DNA from: Glycera tridactyla
Lineage: Eukaryota
NCBI GenBank assembly: GCA_965644265.1
Contig: OZ286469.1
Coordinates: 70,246,001 to 70,310,000, forward strand
DNA length: 64,000 nt
Reading direction: 5' to 3'
The translations under genes were made by a program, and so were the position numbers. The notes beneath the pieces were generated by a model, which worked only from the letters and a program-made list of their open reading frames with translations, was not told the origin of the DNA and ran no database searches. This document shows, piece after piece, positions 38,301 through 49,199 of the stretch (its first letter is position 1; each line of letters begins with the position of its first letter).

Positions 38301-41300
38301 GAAAGTGATGCTCACAAGGAACTATATCACAACCACCAAACAAGGTTTAAGTTGGAAGGATCCCATGGCATTCCCTCCCCTTGTTCACCCATGGGCCCCT
38401 GTTTTTTGTGTTACTTCATGAATTCGTGCACCTTCATGTCGGTGTCTGTTGTCTGGCAAGAGTGGTATGTTAAATGTGACTGTTGGATTGGAAAGTTATA
38501 CATTTATGTTGGTGTCTGTATGTGCTTACGCCTGTAATAGTGTGCTTTTGGTGGTGCACATATGTATATGTCAGCATGGCTCTGTGCGTCAATCAGTCCG
38601 TCTGTGTGTCAGTGTGTTGGTTTGGTGCTGATGTTGTGCTGCTTATTTCAGGGCAGGCATTTTGCACTAGTGACAGGCAGCCCATTGGTGAGAGCTTGGC
38701 CAATCACATGCCGGCATGATCGTCATTCAACCATTCGTCGGTGATCGCCCCCCCCTCCTCTCCGTTCCTCCAGCCGGATCTCCTCTCCTACTCCTGACTT
38801 CTCATGTTGTATCGTTTGCATGTTTCATTCGAGTTGAATGCCAAAAAACTAATACATGGTCCACTGCGAACATCAGATTTTTCATTTCTTAAAAAACAAA
38901 CTGTTTGTATCACCACATTGCAATAAGATTTTGTTTTCGAACTTATTATTTTGGATTGGTATTTGAAGATTCAGGAATATTAAGAATGCCTAACTCCATG
39001 CCTTCAGCAAAAAGGCAAATATAACTGAAAAGTTTATCCATCAGATGCAGTCATACAAAAATATGGAATGGCACATAGAATTAGAAACTCTCAAGAGTGT
39101 ATCCAGAAGCATATGAATGTGTTCCCAGTTTTGGACACATCTGCAATATCACATTAATTCCCACCAGGAAGATGAACTTTAACTCCATTTTCCTGGATAT
39201 CACATCAATTGGGGAATGATAATTGGAAATCAAGGAGGGAATGAAACTAATGCAGAAAGTAGTGTATGGTAGAAAGTCATGTTTTCAAGCCAATTTCCTG
39301 AGAAAAGCACAGAATAGATTGAATTTCATTTGAGCTGAGAAAATTCCTGAAATTTGATCCCCTCCCCCCTCTTGAAAGAGACTCTAATTCTATAGTTGTT
39401 TAGGAAAACCCACAAATTATATAGGAGGTCAAGTTCTGGCTTATGTCAGCCATGATTTGTCAGAGGCAGTGATATTGGGAGTCCATAGTTGAAATTTCCC
39501 TGGGAAAATTAAAATTTTGTCCAGCATGAAATGAAATTTGTTAGTCCACAAGTATATTGACAGGGATGTGCGGAGAAAAAAAACCTGATGTGTCAAATGA
39601 CCCAATGACATGGAACTCGGATTCGAGTGGGCCGGGCGCAGAGAAATGTTCAATGAACAAGGGTTTTCCCTGGTATATAATGTCTTGGGCTGCCCACCTG
39701 AGCCTTTTTCTTCACCACCTAAGCTAATTTCTCTGATGTAAGCCTCATTAAACCAAAAATGCTATGTTTTCCCTTGTTCAGAGTGGTTCATGTGGCCCAT
39801 TGCATCATCTCTCAGTGTGCCATTTCAAATTTGAATGTGGCAAATGGTGTAGGGCCCACCCCTCTGCAAGTTCCTGTATTGATATAGTAGAGGAGTGTTT
39901 CTCATCAGCAACAGGGTTTAGGACCTTTATTGGCATTGGCAGCAAATATCACCAGAAATGTCCGAGCCTTTACTGGGCTCCCCCCAGGATGTGATGACTT
40001 TTAGCAAATGATTTTAGCAAAATGGAAATGATTTTAGCAATTCAGAAAGCATTTCATTGAATCAGTTCAAATGAAAAACCAATGGCATTCTTATGCGAAA
40101 CCGAACTCTACTGAATTTTTTCACCAGAACAAATGAAATAAGGAAAATGTTTATCTACGATGATCCACATCCACTGCAGCTAGTACAAAACTAAAAATAC
40201 ATGTACAGTAGATACTTTCTGTGGTGTCAAGGATATGGGTGCAAAAACTGGATAGTCCGTTAGACTGCTTAGTTGTTGATGCCTAACTCAATAGTGACAC
40301 GAAGAAAAGGAAATTCATAACATTTCAATACAATTTTTATGGTGTCTTCATCAAAATTGGCAACTTCTTGGATTTTCACTTTTCATGCATTTTTATTATG
40401 ATTATGGCAGGACCAGGTTTTAGTTATGGGTTGCGTTGTACATGTTTGGCGTGACACTGTTGTTAAGGTTTCACCATAACCCTCACTGTGCCTATCCCTC
40501 TCATAGCTGACCGTCAGCGATCAACATTAACTAACGGGATACCTGTATGTGCTGAATATTTATTCTGTATCTCCGTCTCGGAGAAGAGCACTCTTCTCCT
40601 TTGTGGATGCTCCTACCATGACTCAGTAAACATTTGACCACATATTTCAATGTTATTAAATGCATATTCTGGATTAGGCTACTGTAGAATTCATCTATGA
40701 GTTACTTTGGTTTTTAATAGTTTGAATCGTCGAATTGTGAGCTGATGACTGATAATTCAATATATGTAAAAAAAAATCGAAGATATGTGGTTGCAGAGAA
40801 TATCTTGAATGACCCAAACCAGTCACCAAGATGGCTCAAAAATTGTTGTACAAAAGTCTCAAGAATCATCTCCTATTGCCAAACTTGTTCCAAGCATGTT
40901 GCCGCGTTGGGAGGGGGGGGGGGGGGGGGGGGGGATGGAAGTAACTTCATATCCATGAAAAATTGAATATGAGTCAATCTATCTTCTGCATGTAGCAAGA
41001 TTATTGTTGAATTACTCATGATATATATTCATATGAAAGTTTCACATTCCCTCTTCCGTAGGACTGCTCCCTGTATCTGGCAGGCACACTGATAAACCTA
41101 CCTGTCCCAACAGGTAATATGTCTATTTGAACCAGCTGGGTTGTCTCCATCATGAAGCCCTGATATTTCAAGATTTCTTTTTCCCTCCAAATTTCCTGTA
41201 CATGAATCACTGTATATATAAAAGCAGCAACTTGGATCAGGTACTTAGGGTTATACAGCGGCCAAATTGGCCATGAGTCATAGCCATAGCAGTACTAGGT

Positions 41301-44300
41301 GGATTGGTTGATCTTGAATTTGTGGCTTCTAATATTTGATTTTGGGTGAGGGGAGGTGAATTTGGCCAGTTACATAGTTAGATGTCATCTTTAGGTTAAC
41401 CATGTTCAGACAGGTGTGTCTGAAATGTCAGCTACTTCTAGTTGAAAATCCTTCTGGTTTCCCATCATCTTGTGTCCAGAGTTTGTGAAAGTGATGCCTA
41501 CAAGGGACAGAAAATCTTGCTTTCACAGACCTGGAACACCTCTCATAGAACATCTTCTGGGTTGATACATGCTGTTTAACATCAACCAAACCAGTTTCAT
41601 CCTCTCACAATGTTGGTGCAGTATCACCTCATGTCTTTCTCTGCATTCATATACATACCTGCCAAGTACTACTGAACTTCAGTAGTCACTACTGAAATGA
41701 GGTTGAAACAACTGAACTACTGAAGCCTCTGAGAAACTACTGAAATGAAGCCCTACCCCCAAAAAAAACATCGTTCCTAGCTAAGTATTGCCAAATATTC
41801 ATTAAATATCGATGGAAACCTGATGATTTCACAAGTTCCGATGTGTAGTTTGAGTCATCCATAATTTGATGATATCATCAATCTCATTCAAGAGTGCTCA
41901 GAGATTTGTATAGAAAATGATTACGCATACATACCTGTTCATCAATACACATGATTTGTCTCATTCCGATATGATATGAATGGAATCATTCGGAAATAAT
42001 ACTTTGCCATAGTGCAGAAAGTGTCCAAAATAACTACTGAAAATGAACCCAAACTATGAAACCAAGGTGGGTCAATACTGAACGCTGTGATGCAGGGTTG
42101 GCAGGTATGCATATACAATGCTACATCAGTGTTTACCAAGTACAGTTTCCCCTTTCTATAAAGACCGCCTTCGGTCTCATCAAAAAGTTGCCTTTATAGA
42201 CAGGTGGTCTTTATAGAGAGGTCACTTACTGTTGAAAATACTACCAGTCGCAGCTCAGGGTGGCCTTTATAGGAATGTGGTCTTTAGAGCAGGTGAATTC
42301 TCTTCATTTCTAAACAAAAGGTACTGATCCGAGACCCTTGGCTTAGTTGGATATCTCATAGGCCACACTTTATCACCCTGAATTGGACGTTGTGATACAA
42401 GGTGATTCAACTAATAGATTTCCTAAAAATGTTGTGTGAAGTATTTCCCAAGTTTTCAATCTCCTCAACTGGTTGTAATTAGTGTAGATTTTTTTCTGAT
42501 CCGAAGACCCTGATTTCAAAGTGCAGTGAAGGCTATATCTCAACATTTGCTGTTTTCCTAAAAAAAATATTCATTCAAGTTTTCGTACATGTGTTTGGTA
42601 TATCCTTCATCTGTTCTTGTTGCTGGTGCACATGATCATTTTCGATTGACGATCTGGCTGTAGATGCACCACCCTTCAGCTTGTCAGAAGTTATGTATCA
42701 GATTTGATCAAGTACTGCACTTTATTTCAAATGGAAACATTGATAGCAGGCTTGAATGTCAGCTTCCAGACAGTTACATAGTTAGATTAGCCATCAGTAG
42801 ATTTATTCAGATTTATGTGAGATGTGTGGTGTTGAGGGTTTGTAAGAGTGATCCCTGCAGGGGACAAAGCATCCAGCTTTCATAGATCAAGAACACATAG
42901 CATACATAATCATTTGGGTTGATACATACTCTTTTATCACCAACAATACAACTTCCTTTGAGCTTTTTCGGTGCGGTAGAACCAGTGATAAGAATCCCCC
43001 AATCAGAGACCTCCTGTTCTATTTGACATAGTCAAGCTTACCTCTGACAAGAGACCACCTTGGGCGGTATCTACGACTCTCTTGTCATAGCTTTCTCTGT
43101 ATATTGAAGCAGCCAGCTGGGATTACCTATTTTCATCTCTTAGAGTGGTTTGAAAGCAGGCAGCTATTGTTAATAGAGCCAGCACTCACCCTGGACCATA
43201 CATTCAGTACCAGCTGCCATGTGATTCCTTCACCCATGCACTCACCAATGGACTGCCAGTCTACCTAGAATCTATCACTGCTGATAATGCTGTTTCACCA
43301 GGGTCTCTTCCAATATTTTCTGTCATGAAAGCCCGATGTCTTTTCAGCTTCTGAGTGTTTCGAATCGATTATGGTTCAAGGAGGCTCCTTGACTTTTCAC
43401 CTTTTTTCTTTTATTCACTTTTTCATGGTGAGAATTATACTTGCAGGGGCCTAAATGTTGATATTTTGATACAGTTGGCCTTCCCTTGCAGATGGAACAT
43501 CCCCGGGCATGATTCTATGTTGACCAAAATATTCATCAGCCAAATTGGCTCCTGAAGTAATATTATTGGGGCCAAACAATGAAATTTGGTGGCCATTCTT
43601 TGATGGCCTCTCATATAATAATCTCAAATTGAAGAATCACTTGGCTCTAACATTTGTTATTTTCAAATTGACTAGCCCCTGAGCACCCACAGTATCCAAT
43701 AGCCCCATGTTTTTGTTGATGTATTTCTCTTCATGAGGGGGTTGTGATTATTGATGATATGGTTTTTAGGTCATGAAAATCATACTAGAATTAGCAGAGA
43801 TGAAGTACAATATATATATGCAGATGCTTTCACACAGCCATTCTTATGGTCTTCTATCATTTTAACCCTCAGTTGGCAATTGTTGAGTTTGTCTGGTTCA
43901 AAAATTTAGTGAAGATAGATACTACATAGAATTTCAGGTTTCCCATAGTAAGCCATTCAAATCCCTTCCTCATTGAATATGTTGAATCTTCTGAGTTATC
44001 ATTGTTTTCAGTGTTTATTTATTAGGTTTCATCAGTGACTGATGACATTGCTCATTCAGTAATCATGATTTTATACCACAGATGAATCCGATTCTAACTG
44101 CATTCCCACTCCCCATTGATACAGCAGCTAGATAAGATCATTCTGACAATGATGCAGGCTATTTCAAATTTCACATTAATCGGACATCATTTTTGTGACT
44201 CTTGAATGAGCATTGAAAAATGACGTTTTTCTTCTGATTTTGGCTGTGCCCTTCCCCAGTGTTGCATCTATTCATTATTTTGGATTCCTTTTTGGAATTA

Positions 44301-46108
44301 TATTGTGCCCTCTCCCCCTCAATTTTTTTAAACATTTTACCACTATTCCCAGGACATTGGCACTCTAAAATATGATGTTGTAGATCTATAGGACCCGCTG
44401 GCCCTTTATTAAAATTTTTTAGATGCATCTCTACATCCCTCGCAGCACATGAACCTGAAAGTCACCAGGTATCCACAGAAACAAACAAAAAACATGTAGC
44501 CAAAATTTTAGTAGCTCTATAGATATGTGTATTGAAGGAATGGACCTCTGAGTCTCTACAATTTTGCAGTAATACATAAAAACCGACTCATTCTTGCCAA
44601 ATTTCCATATATTTTACTTTCTTTGGTCACCAGAAATCTGCATTTGAGGCATGATCTTTGGCATTTCAATGCAACAAGCATCCAATGCAAGAGATTTCTG
44701 TAATGCAGAATTTGATGCATCTTGTACAATTTCTGGCCAAATTATCCAATACTTGACTGCAAAAGCTGCAGTCATATCAGCCAGGGAGTTTAGTCACAAA
44801 CACTAATACATGTACAGCTAATGCTTTGGTCGACAGCTGAACTGGGGGTGGCGTAAATGTAAACTGAGTGTCCGACAATGATTATATGTTTTGCTACTCA
44901 ATTTGTGTGTATTGAGCAGTGTAGGTGTTACTGTTGGATGGTCTAGCTAACCTGTTTGCAGTGTGTGGTGGTGTTTTTTACTAACCCAAATCTTCCACGT
45001 GTGGAAGTTTATCGTTTCATAATTTGATTGTTGTTCTCATCCAACTTTGTGAAATGTGTTCATGTTGCTGAGCTCTTGGAAAGCTCACAATTGAAATCAC
45101 TGATTTCTGGTTGCTATGGAGATTTCACTTGATCATAGCAATCAAAGAGCATTTCAAATGACAGAGATGTATCCAAAGTTAAATCATGGAACTTCCTTAT
45201 GTACTTGAGCACTCAATGTAATCTATCCAGTCTTCTGGCTTGCCCAATCCTGAAATAATTCAAATGACTGCTTCAAGCACTACCCCGATGCAAGGTTTAT
45301 CAGGTTTGCAGCCAAAACAGGCTAACCTCAGAAAATAGCCAGCCCTGAATTTCATTAGAATCCTCTTGGATCCATTGTGTTTTTGAATTGTGATATTGAG
45401 ATATCTACAGATTAGTGGAAAACTATTTGGATTGGCGTCATATTTGAAGTGAATGTCTGTTTGGATATATGTATATTGCTATTGTCAAATGCATGTGGAT
45501 GGCCACTAAAATCAATATCTCACATACAATCTGCGGTTAGTGAAATATTCTGGCAAATGAATTAGAAGTATTCTACTATATTTACTCTTTTATGGATGCA
45601 ACAAATTGAGAATGCATTGAGAGTTAGCGATCAAATTTCAAATATTCACTCTGTCTTTTGTCATTGATACAAGATTTCCAGAGATATGGCAGGACAATGT
45701 GGTTCATTCATGCTCTAGAATCACTTTTTGTACCTTCTGTTGTGATAATGGGTCATTATTATCAGTATGGTTGACATATTTACATATGTTTATTTTTATA
45801 TCATTTATCTTTGTCCTACTTTGTTTGGGGAATCATGGTATCTTGCTGGGTGATGCATTTTAAGTGATACAATTGATTTGATGTTTTACAGGCGAGTGAA
45901 ACAGAAAGGGCGGAAACCCAGCTATGATGAGCCGGAAAATTATTCCCGACGACCGGAGCCACTTGGACGAAGCGTGAGTCCCGACTACAATAGCGACCGT
46001 GAGTCAGGTCGACGCCCACCGCCCACACGATTAGCACCTATAGGACCAATCAAGAAGAAGAAAAAGAAGAAGAAGCAGCAGCTAATAGATGAAGAAGATG
46101 CATTCTAA
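2751..46108 (+). CDS. Long E/K/Q-rich coiled-coil protein, C-terminal 641 aa; EVC/EVC2 (limbin) family-like
   Basis: Exons with AG/GT boundaries and compatible phases: 2751-2826, 4375-4566, 6016-6125, 6833-6930, 14396-14597, 15221-15367, 15974-16075, 16888-17013, 17799-17852, 20308-20397 (TACTAAC branch point at 20288), 23356-23525, 24133-24220, 24563-24717, 35758-35856, 45892-46108 (TAA). Total 1926 nt, no internal stop. Segments DDLNEKGILSDPECQKVIEIHQQEQEKLAEKLE, LLSKHQQEM and QDQEMQFINGLVRLGKFKLSELESVVQMLFP resemble, from memory, the C-terminal halves of human EVC2 and EVC. The paralog cannot be resolved. The exon structure is high confidence; the family call is moderate. Confidence 0.8.
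2872..3632. mobile_element. Non-autonomous Tc1/mariner/pogo-type TIR element (761 bp)
   Basis: Imperfect TIRs CAGTCCAACCTGGTCTAACGACCAC / CAGTCAAACCTGTCTATAGCGACCAC, flanked by TA on both sides; repeated subterminal GACCACCT motifs; no ORF. Confidence 0.85.
4690..5030 (+). mobile_element. Partial Helentron-type non-autonomous (HINE/DINE-like) element, apparently interrupted by the next element
   Basis: Imperfect hairpin followed by GGGGCATTATG, and a body with motifs (TTCAAGGTCATTGAGTG) shared with the adjacent element; 3' end not found. Confidence 0.4.
5031..5918 (+). mobile_element. Helentron-type non-autonomous element (HINE/pearl-like) with internal 157-bp tandem array
   Basis: T-rich start; subterminal inverted repeats TACGCCATCG (5035-5044) / CGATGGCGTA (5881-5890); GTCC/GTCT microsatellite at about 5065-5085; 3' stem-loop CCGC-TTT-GCGG; end CTCTTGTT; no TSD. 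Confidence 0.8.
5104..5575 (+). repeat. 157-bp tandem repeat, three copies plus degenerate continuation
   Basis: GATAACTCAA recurs at 5104, 5261 and 5418 with closely matching intervening sequence. Confidence 0.92.
6121..6216 (+). repeat. Exact 48-bp tandem duplication spanning a splice donor
   Basis: TCAAGGTAAATTTACTATGAATGACTTATTTCCAGGTTCACTCTAGAA occurs at 6121-6168 and 6169-6216. Confidence 0.95.
6225..6400 (+). repeat. Dispersed unclassified repeat (second diverged copy at about 40012-40170)
   Basis: Both sites share TTTTAGCAAAATGGAAAT...TTCAGAAAG...TTGAATCAGTTCA...AAATGAAAAA...CAAATG...GGAAA..GTT.ATCTAC. Confidence 0.7.
8098..8815. mobile_element. Non-autonomous TIR element, hAT-like termini, 6-bp TSD
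   Basis: TIRs CAGAGATGCCGCCAGG / CAGAGATGCTTCCAGG (14/16); flanks AATTCG (8092-8097) and AATTTG (8816-8821) differ by one CpG-type transition. Confidence 0.7.
9404..10352. repeat. Cryptically simple satellite: (TGG)n runs punctuated by TCCATGG, left part
   Basis: Directly visible: dozens of CCATGG units separated by variable TGG runs. Confidence 0.95.
10353..11422. mobile_element. Non-autonomous hAT-like TIR element (1070 bp) inserted in the satellite, 6-bp TSD
   Basis: 15-bp perfect TIR CAGGGATGTGCTTTT (20/22 extended); ATGATG duplicated at 10347-10352 and 11423-11428, where the uninterrupted array unit near 9440 has a single ATGATG; subterminal TTCCGTT/AACGGAA motifs; internal about 130-bp tandem duplication (10386 and 10519). 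Confidence 0.85.
11423..12093. repeat. (TGG)n/CCATGG satellite, right part
   Basis: Same units as 9404-10352; continuous with it once 10353-11422 is removed. Confidence 0.95.
12341..12560 (+). mobile_element. 5' part of a Helentron-type non-autonomous element
   Basis: ATTATGCCCCC...ACCGAAGGT...GGGGGCATA hairpin followed by GTCT/GTCC microsatellite; 3' end uncertain (possibly near 13700 across the gap). Confidence 0.6.
12670..13312. mobile_element. GC/CpG-rich non-autonomous TIR element with GGG termini and TA flanks; superfamily unresolved
   Basis: TIR GGGCCGGCG at both ends with further imperfect pairing; TA on both sides, inside a palindromic ACATATGT pre-insertion site. Confidence 0.7.
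13438..13585. other. Assembly gap (148 N)
   Basis: Run of N. Confidence 1.
15387..15544. mobile_element. Short Tc1/mariner-type MITE; representative of an abundant group (other copies or fragments near 14017, 22570, 25506, 27318, 30988, 35371, 42143, 43030, 54826, 57861, 58355, 60610, 62443)
   Basis: CAGTCAAACCTG-like termini, usually beside TA, with repeated GACCACCT/GGCCACC internal motifs. Confidence 0.75.
18309..19362 (+). mobile_element. Helentron-type non-autonomous element enclosing a G-rich tract and (CA)n
   Basis: Subterminal inverted repeat GGCTCGCATGC (18314-18324) / GCATGCGAGCC (19330-19340); 5' hairpin containing GCGAAGC; GGCC/GTCC microsatellite; 3' stem-loop GCAT-TT-ATGC and CCTTGTT end. 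Confidence 0.75.
18885..19302 (+). repeat. G-run-rich low-complexity tract with short (TG)n and terminal (CA)24
   Basis: Many GGG(G) runs 18885-19254; (CA)24 at 19255-19302. Confidence 0.9.
24801..25285. mobile_element. Tc1/mariner-type MITE (485 bp)
   Basis: TIR CAGTAAAACCTG at both ends, TA flanks; close second copy at 50403-50877. Confidence 0.9.
25106..28728. repeat. Near-identical tandem duplication, period 1812 bp (25106-26916 and 26918-28728)
   Basis: Sequence and ORF track repeat at +1812; one difference noticed (T26171 vs C27983). Confidence 0.97.
31691..32101. mobile_element. hAT MITE (411 bp) inserted in the LINE
   Basis: TIR TAGTGTTGGG at both ends; perfect 8-bp TSD CTATTAAC (31683-31690 / 32102-32109). 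Confidence 0.93.
32102..33673 (+). pseudogene. LINE reverse transcriptase with a single +1 frameshift near 32623
   Basis: Motifs NYRPISLL, QSGFR, FLDLKKAFDTVD, GVPQGSILGPLLF, LYADDT, FKYLGV. Deleting one T in TTATTATAGG gives ILLRKLARYG...SYLCDRKCNV and joins the two ORFs. Confidence 0.93.
34908..35614 (+). mobile_element. Helentron-type non-autonomous element with nested MITE and (C)n(CA)n
   Basis: 5' TATACCCCCGC hairpin with AAAC-GAA-GTTT apex; GGTC microsatellite; 3' GCGGGGTAT, stem-loop GTCAC-CTCT-GTGAC and CTCTAGTT end. Confidence 0.7.
41410..41580 (-). repeat. Old unclassified interspersed repeat (related pieces at about 42800-42935 -, 49540-49720 -, 52350-52455 +, 59785-59832 +, 61266-61300 +)
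   Basis: Shared blocks GAAGTAGCTGACA.TTCAGACACACCT, CAC.AGATGATGGG.AACCAGAAGG and GGGTTGATACATGC across copies. Confidence 0.6.
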
Positions 46109-48432
46109 TCGGCCATCTGCTATTTTTGTATCATGAATAATCTCATCCAGCTATTTTCATTTTTTACGTCATTTTATATGAGAATTTCTATGATATTTTA
46201 GAAGTGCATATCAGTACTGTTCCAGTTTTATGTTTCTCGTTCTGATGTGCCCTAACACACGTTTTTGCGTACACTGAGTCTTATCTGGAAAAAAATCCCT
46301 GAATATTCGAAAAACCGGGTCACCACAGGTCATTGAAAAGTCAGAAATCTTATTTCTGGCCAGTCATTTTTGATGTATGGGGTAAAATTCAGTGAAAAGT
46401 CAGGAAATCAGATCAGGTATAACAAGCTATAGCAGTTCTTTGATGCCGCATGACGAAAGCAATATGAGGTCAGATAAGATGGTTGAGGGACCAGCTCTCA
46501 ACTTGTGAAATTATGTGAAGTGAGGCGGTGTATGCAGTGGTCAAGAGATGGCATTCTGGTATAATCGATTCTAAGAGGTAAATCTGTCTCCAAGAATCAG
46601 TTTGTTTTCTATGTCCTCATGAGCGTTTTATAATCAAATATCTGCGATTGTACTTCAGAAACAGATATTTGATTTAGGAGAAATCCTTTCTCTCACCATG
46701 GCATTACAAACCATTTCTGATCAGAGTCTGACTTTTGATTCATCACAATAGAAAGCTACATGGTTGACGTCCAAATTTAATAAGAGCGACTTTGCACCGC
46801 CACATAGAATTTAGATCTTGGTAGACATGGCACACGATTGTGATATTGAATCAACTACTGATTGAAGCCGCTATGATTGAGCAGGGATTTCATCCTACTG
46901 AATTACTTCAGAGGTATATCTGATTTTGCAAGCACTTTCCCCCATAAAAAAATATCAGAATTGATTCCATATCCAGAAATAAATCCATCTCTCCTTTCAA
47001 TGTTTGATGTTCCAAGACTGCATCGAATCTGAATCACCACAAGTCTACTCTGTACATGATTTATTCTTATCTTTGGATCATCTTTCTAGATGGTACTTTT
47101 ATCTTGAAAAAAACATGGGTCCTGAGAAGGTTTGCATTGCAAAGTAGTCTCTGTGATTTCGTAGGTAGCAATGTGGGTGGTGAGCGTCTGCACACCCACG
47201 TAAACATACTCACCTGCTTTCTGAGCAGGTCAGTTTTCTTCAGCTCAGGGATTAATATTTCTCATACTCACATGTTTTTGTTATTTCACGTGGTTGTCCT
47301 GTTATATTTTTGATTTACTGCAAAAACCTTATGATGTTTCGGGATGGGAAAATGGTTACAATGGCAAAAATACATGTTGTGATGGCAACTTTGTGAACAT
47401 GCTAAGCCCCATAATTGGTTCATAATTTAAACTATACATGTACATTGCCTTTTCCAAGTCCAGACTGCTTTCATATCTGATCTTCATGGTGTAGAATTCA
47501 TGTAATAAGAAATCTAAAATCGATAGACCCGAGAAACTCAGAATGTAATCTTCAATCAAGGGGGGATGATGGGATGGGAACTCCTTATATCAATGAGTTT
47601 TTTTCCAACAACTCCCACTATTGTCCTCAAAGGACGAGAATCCAGTATCCAGTTCACAATATCTGGATTCATTAGCTCAACCAATTATTCCACTATTGTT
47701 AGATGGGATTGTCATTTTTATTGCGAAATATGCAAGGAGCAGCAACATGGTTTACCAGTCATTATTCACTCTACATAATAGGTTTGATCTCATCACACAC
47801 AAATACAGTCTCAAGACATGCATCATACAATTGCATGAACAGTCAAAAATATTCGGTAATTCCATTATTGCCAAAGTCAAAGCTTCATATGTGTGCATTT
47901 CAGTATGAAACTGCATTCTCCCATGATTATGTTATTTTGAGTGTGAGATAGGTGTTTGTGAAAAGACCCTGTTTCTCACACTCCCGGCTTGTTTCTCACA
48001 CTGAATGTGTTTTTCAGTTCATCCGAAAAGTTGCCGGTAACTGCCGGTTAGAGTGATCGGTTGTCTCCTCAAGAATGTCAAGAGCCGATAGAGCTGTAAA
48101 GGCAGTTTGAGTTGGTGAAGCAGTCGCCCATCCCTCCAAATGATTCCAGTGTCACATTTTGAATAAAAAGCAATTGTTTATCAGTCTATGATGTCAAGTA
48201 GAATTACGTTGATAAACGCAAAATATTTCCATTTAGAATCCAGATCTTTGTGGGACTATTTTTGGGGGGTATTGAGATTTTTTTCTTATGGAGAGAGATG
48301 GCTTGTTAATCAGCTGACCCTGGGGATAATAAACACGGTTTGGTACTCGCAATTTTCTTGGCCAACTTCATCCAAATCTTTTTCAAATTTCTAGTGTCTT
48401 CTGCAAAAAGTAAGACCACTTGCTTATATACA

Positions 48433-48713
48433 AAGTGCACGTAGCTGACCCTAGTTGGTTCAATATCTGCTAGATGGCAATGTTCTGTGAAAGCCAACAT
48501 AGACTGTGAACTATTGCAGGGTCAGTTGATGTGTGATGGCACTAAATTTATTTGAAGCTACTTCCCCATGACAAGTGCACATAGCTGACTCTAGTTGGTT
48601 CAATATCTGCTAGATGGCAATGTTTTGTGAAAGCCAACATAGACTGTGAACTATTGCAGGGTCAGTTGATGTGTGATGGCACTAAATTTATTTGAAGCTA
48701 CTTCCCCATGACA
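48433..48713. repeat. 140-bp tandem duplication
   Basis: AAGTGCAC...CTTCCCCATGAC at 48433 and 48573, with a few substitutions. Confidence 0.93.
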
Positions 48714-49017
48714 GTCATCCTAGTTTCCCATCAGGTTTTGTGAATCAGGAACACACCACGTACGTAATCCTTTCAGTTGATACATGCCATAAAAAGTATC
48801 CAGTGAATTATTTGATTGATGTTGGATTTGAGGAAAATCAGATCCAAAATCACGATTACTTTATAGGTGCCAGGCATCCATCCCTCCCACCCTGTTTTTT
48901 TTTACTCTACTGGATGTTATCCCTTCCTCAGTGAGGAACCCTTATAATTCCCTTTTGGGAAGGATTCTTGTAAAATTTGTGTGATATAACTTGGAAAACT
49001 GGGTATCATCACTCATC

Positions 49018-49199
49018 NNNNNNNNNNNNNNNNNNNNNNNNNNNNNNNNNNNNNNNNNNNNNNNNNNNNNNNNNNNNNNNNNNNNNNNNNNNNNNNNNNN
49101 NNNNNNNNNNNNNNNNNNNNNNNNNNNNNNNNNNNNNNNNNNNNNNNNNNNNNNNNNNNNNNNNNNNNNNNNNNNNNNNNNNNNNNNNNNNNNNNNNNN
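49018..49199. other. Assembly gap (182 N)
   Basis: Run of N. Confidence 1.

Noticed and set aside
38690-38810. CCAAT-containing, pyrimidine-rich patch as a promoter or extra exon
   Set aside because: No supporting ORF, splice pair or second motif; too generic to call.
46430-46480. ATGA...AAA...GA as a SECIS element in the 3' region
   Set aside because: Spacing and helix pairing do not fit, and the upstream gene has no in-frame TGA.
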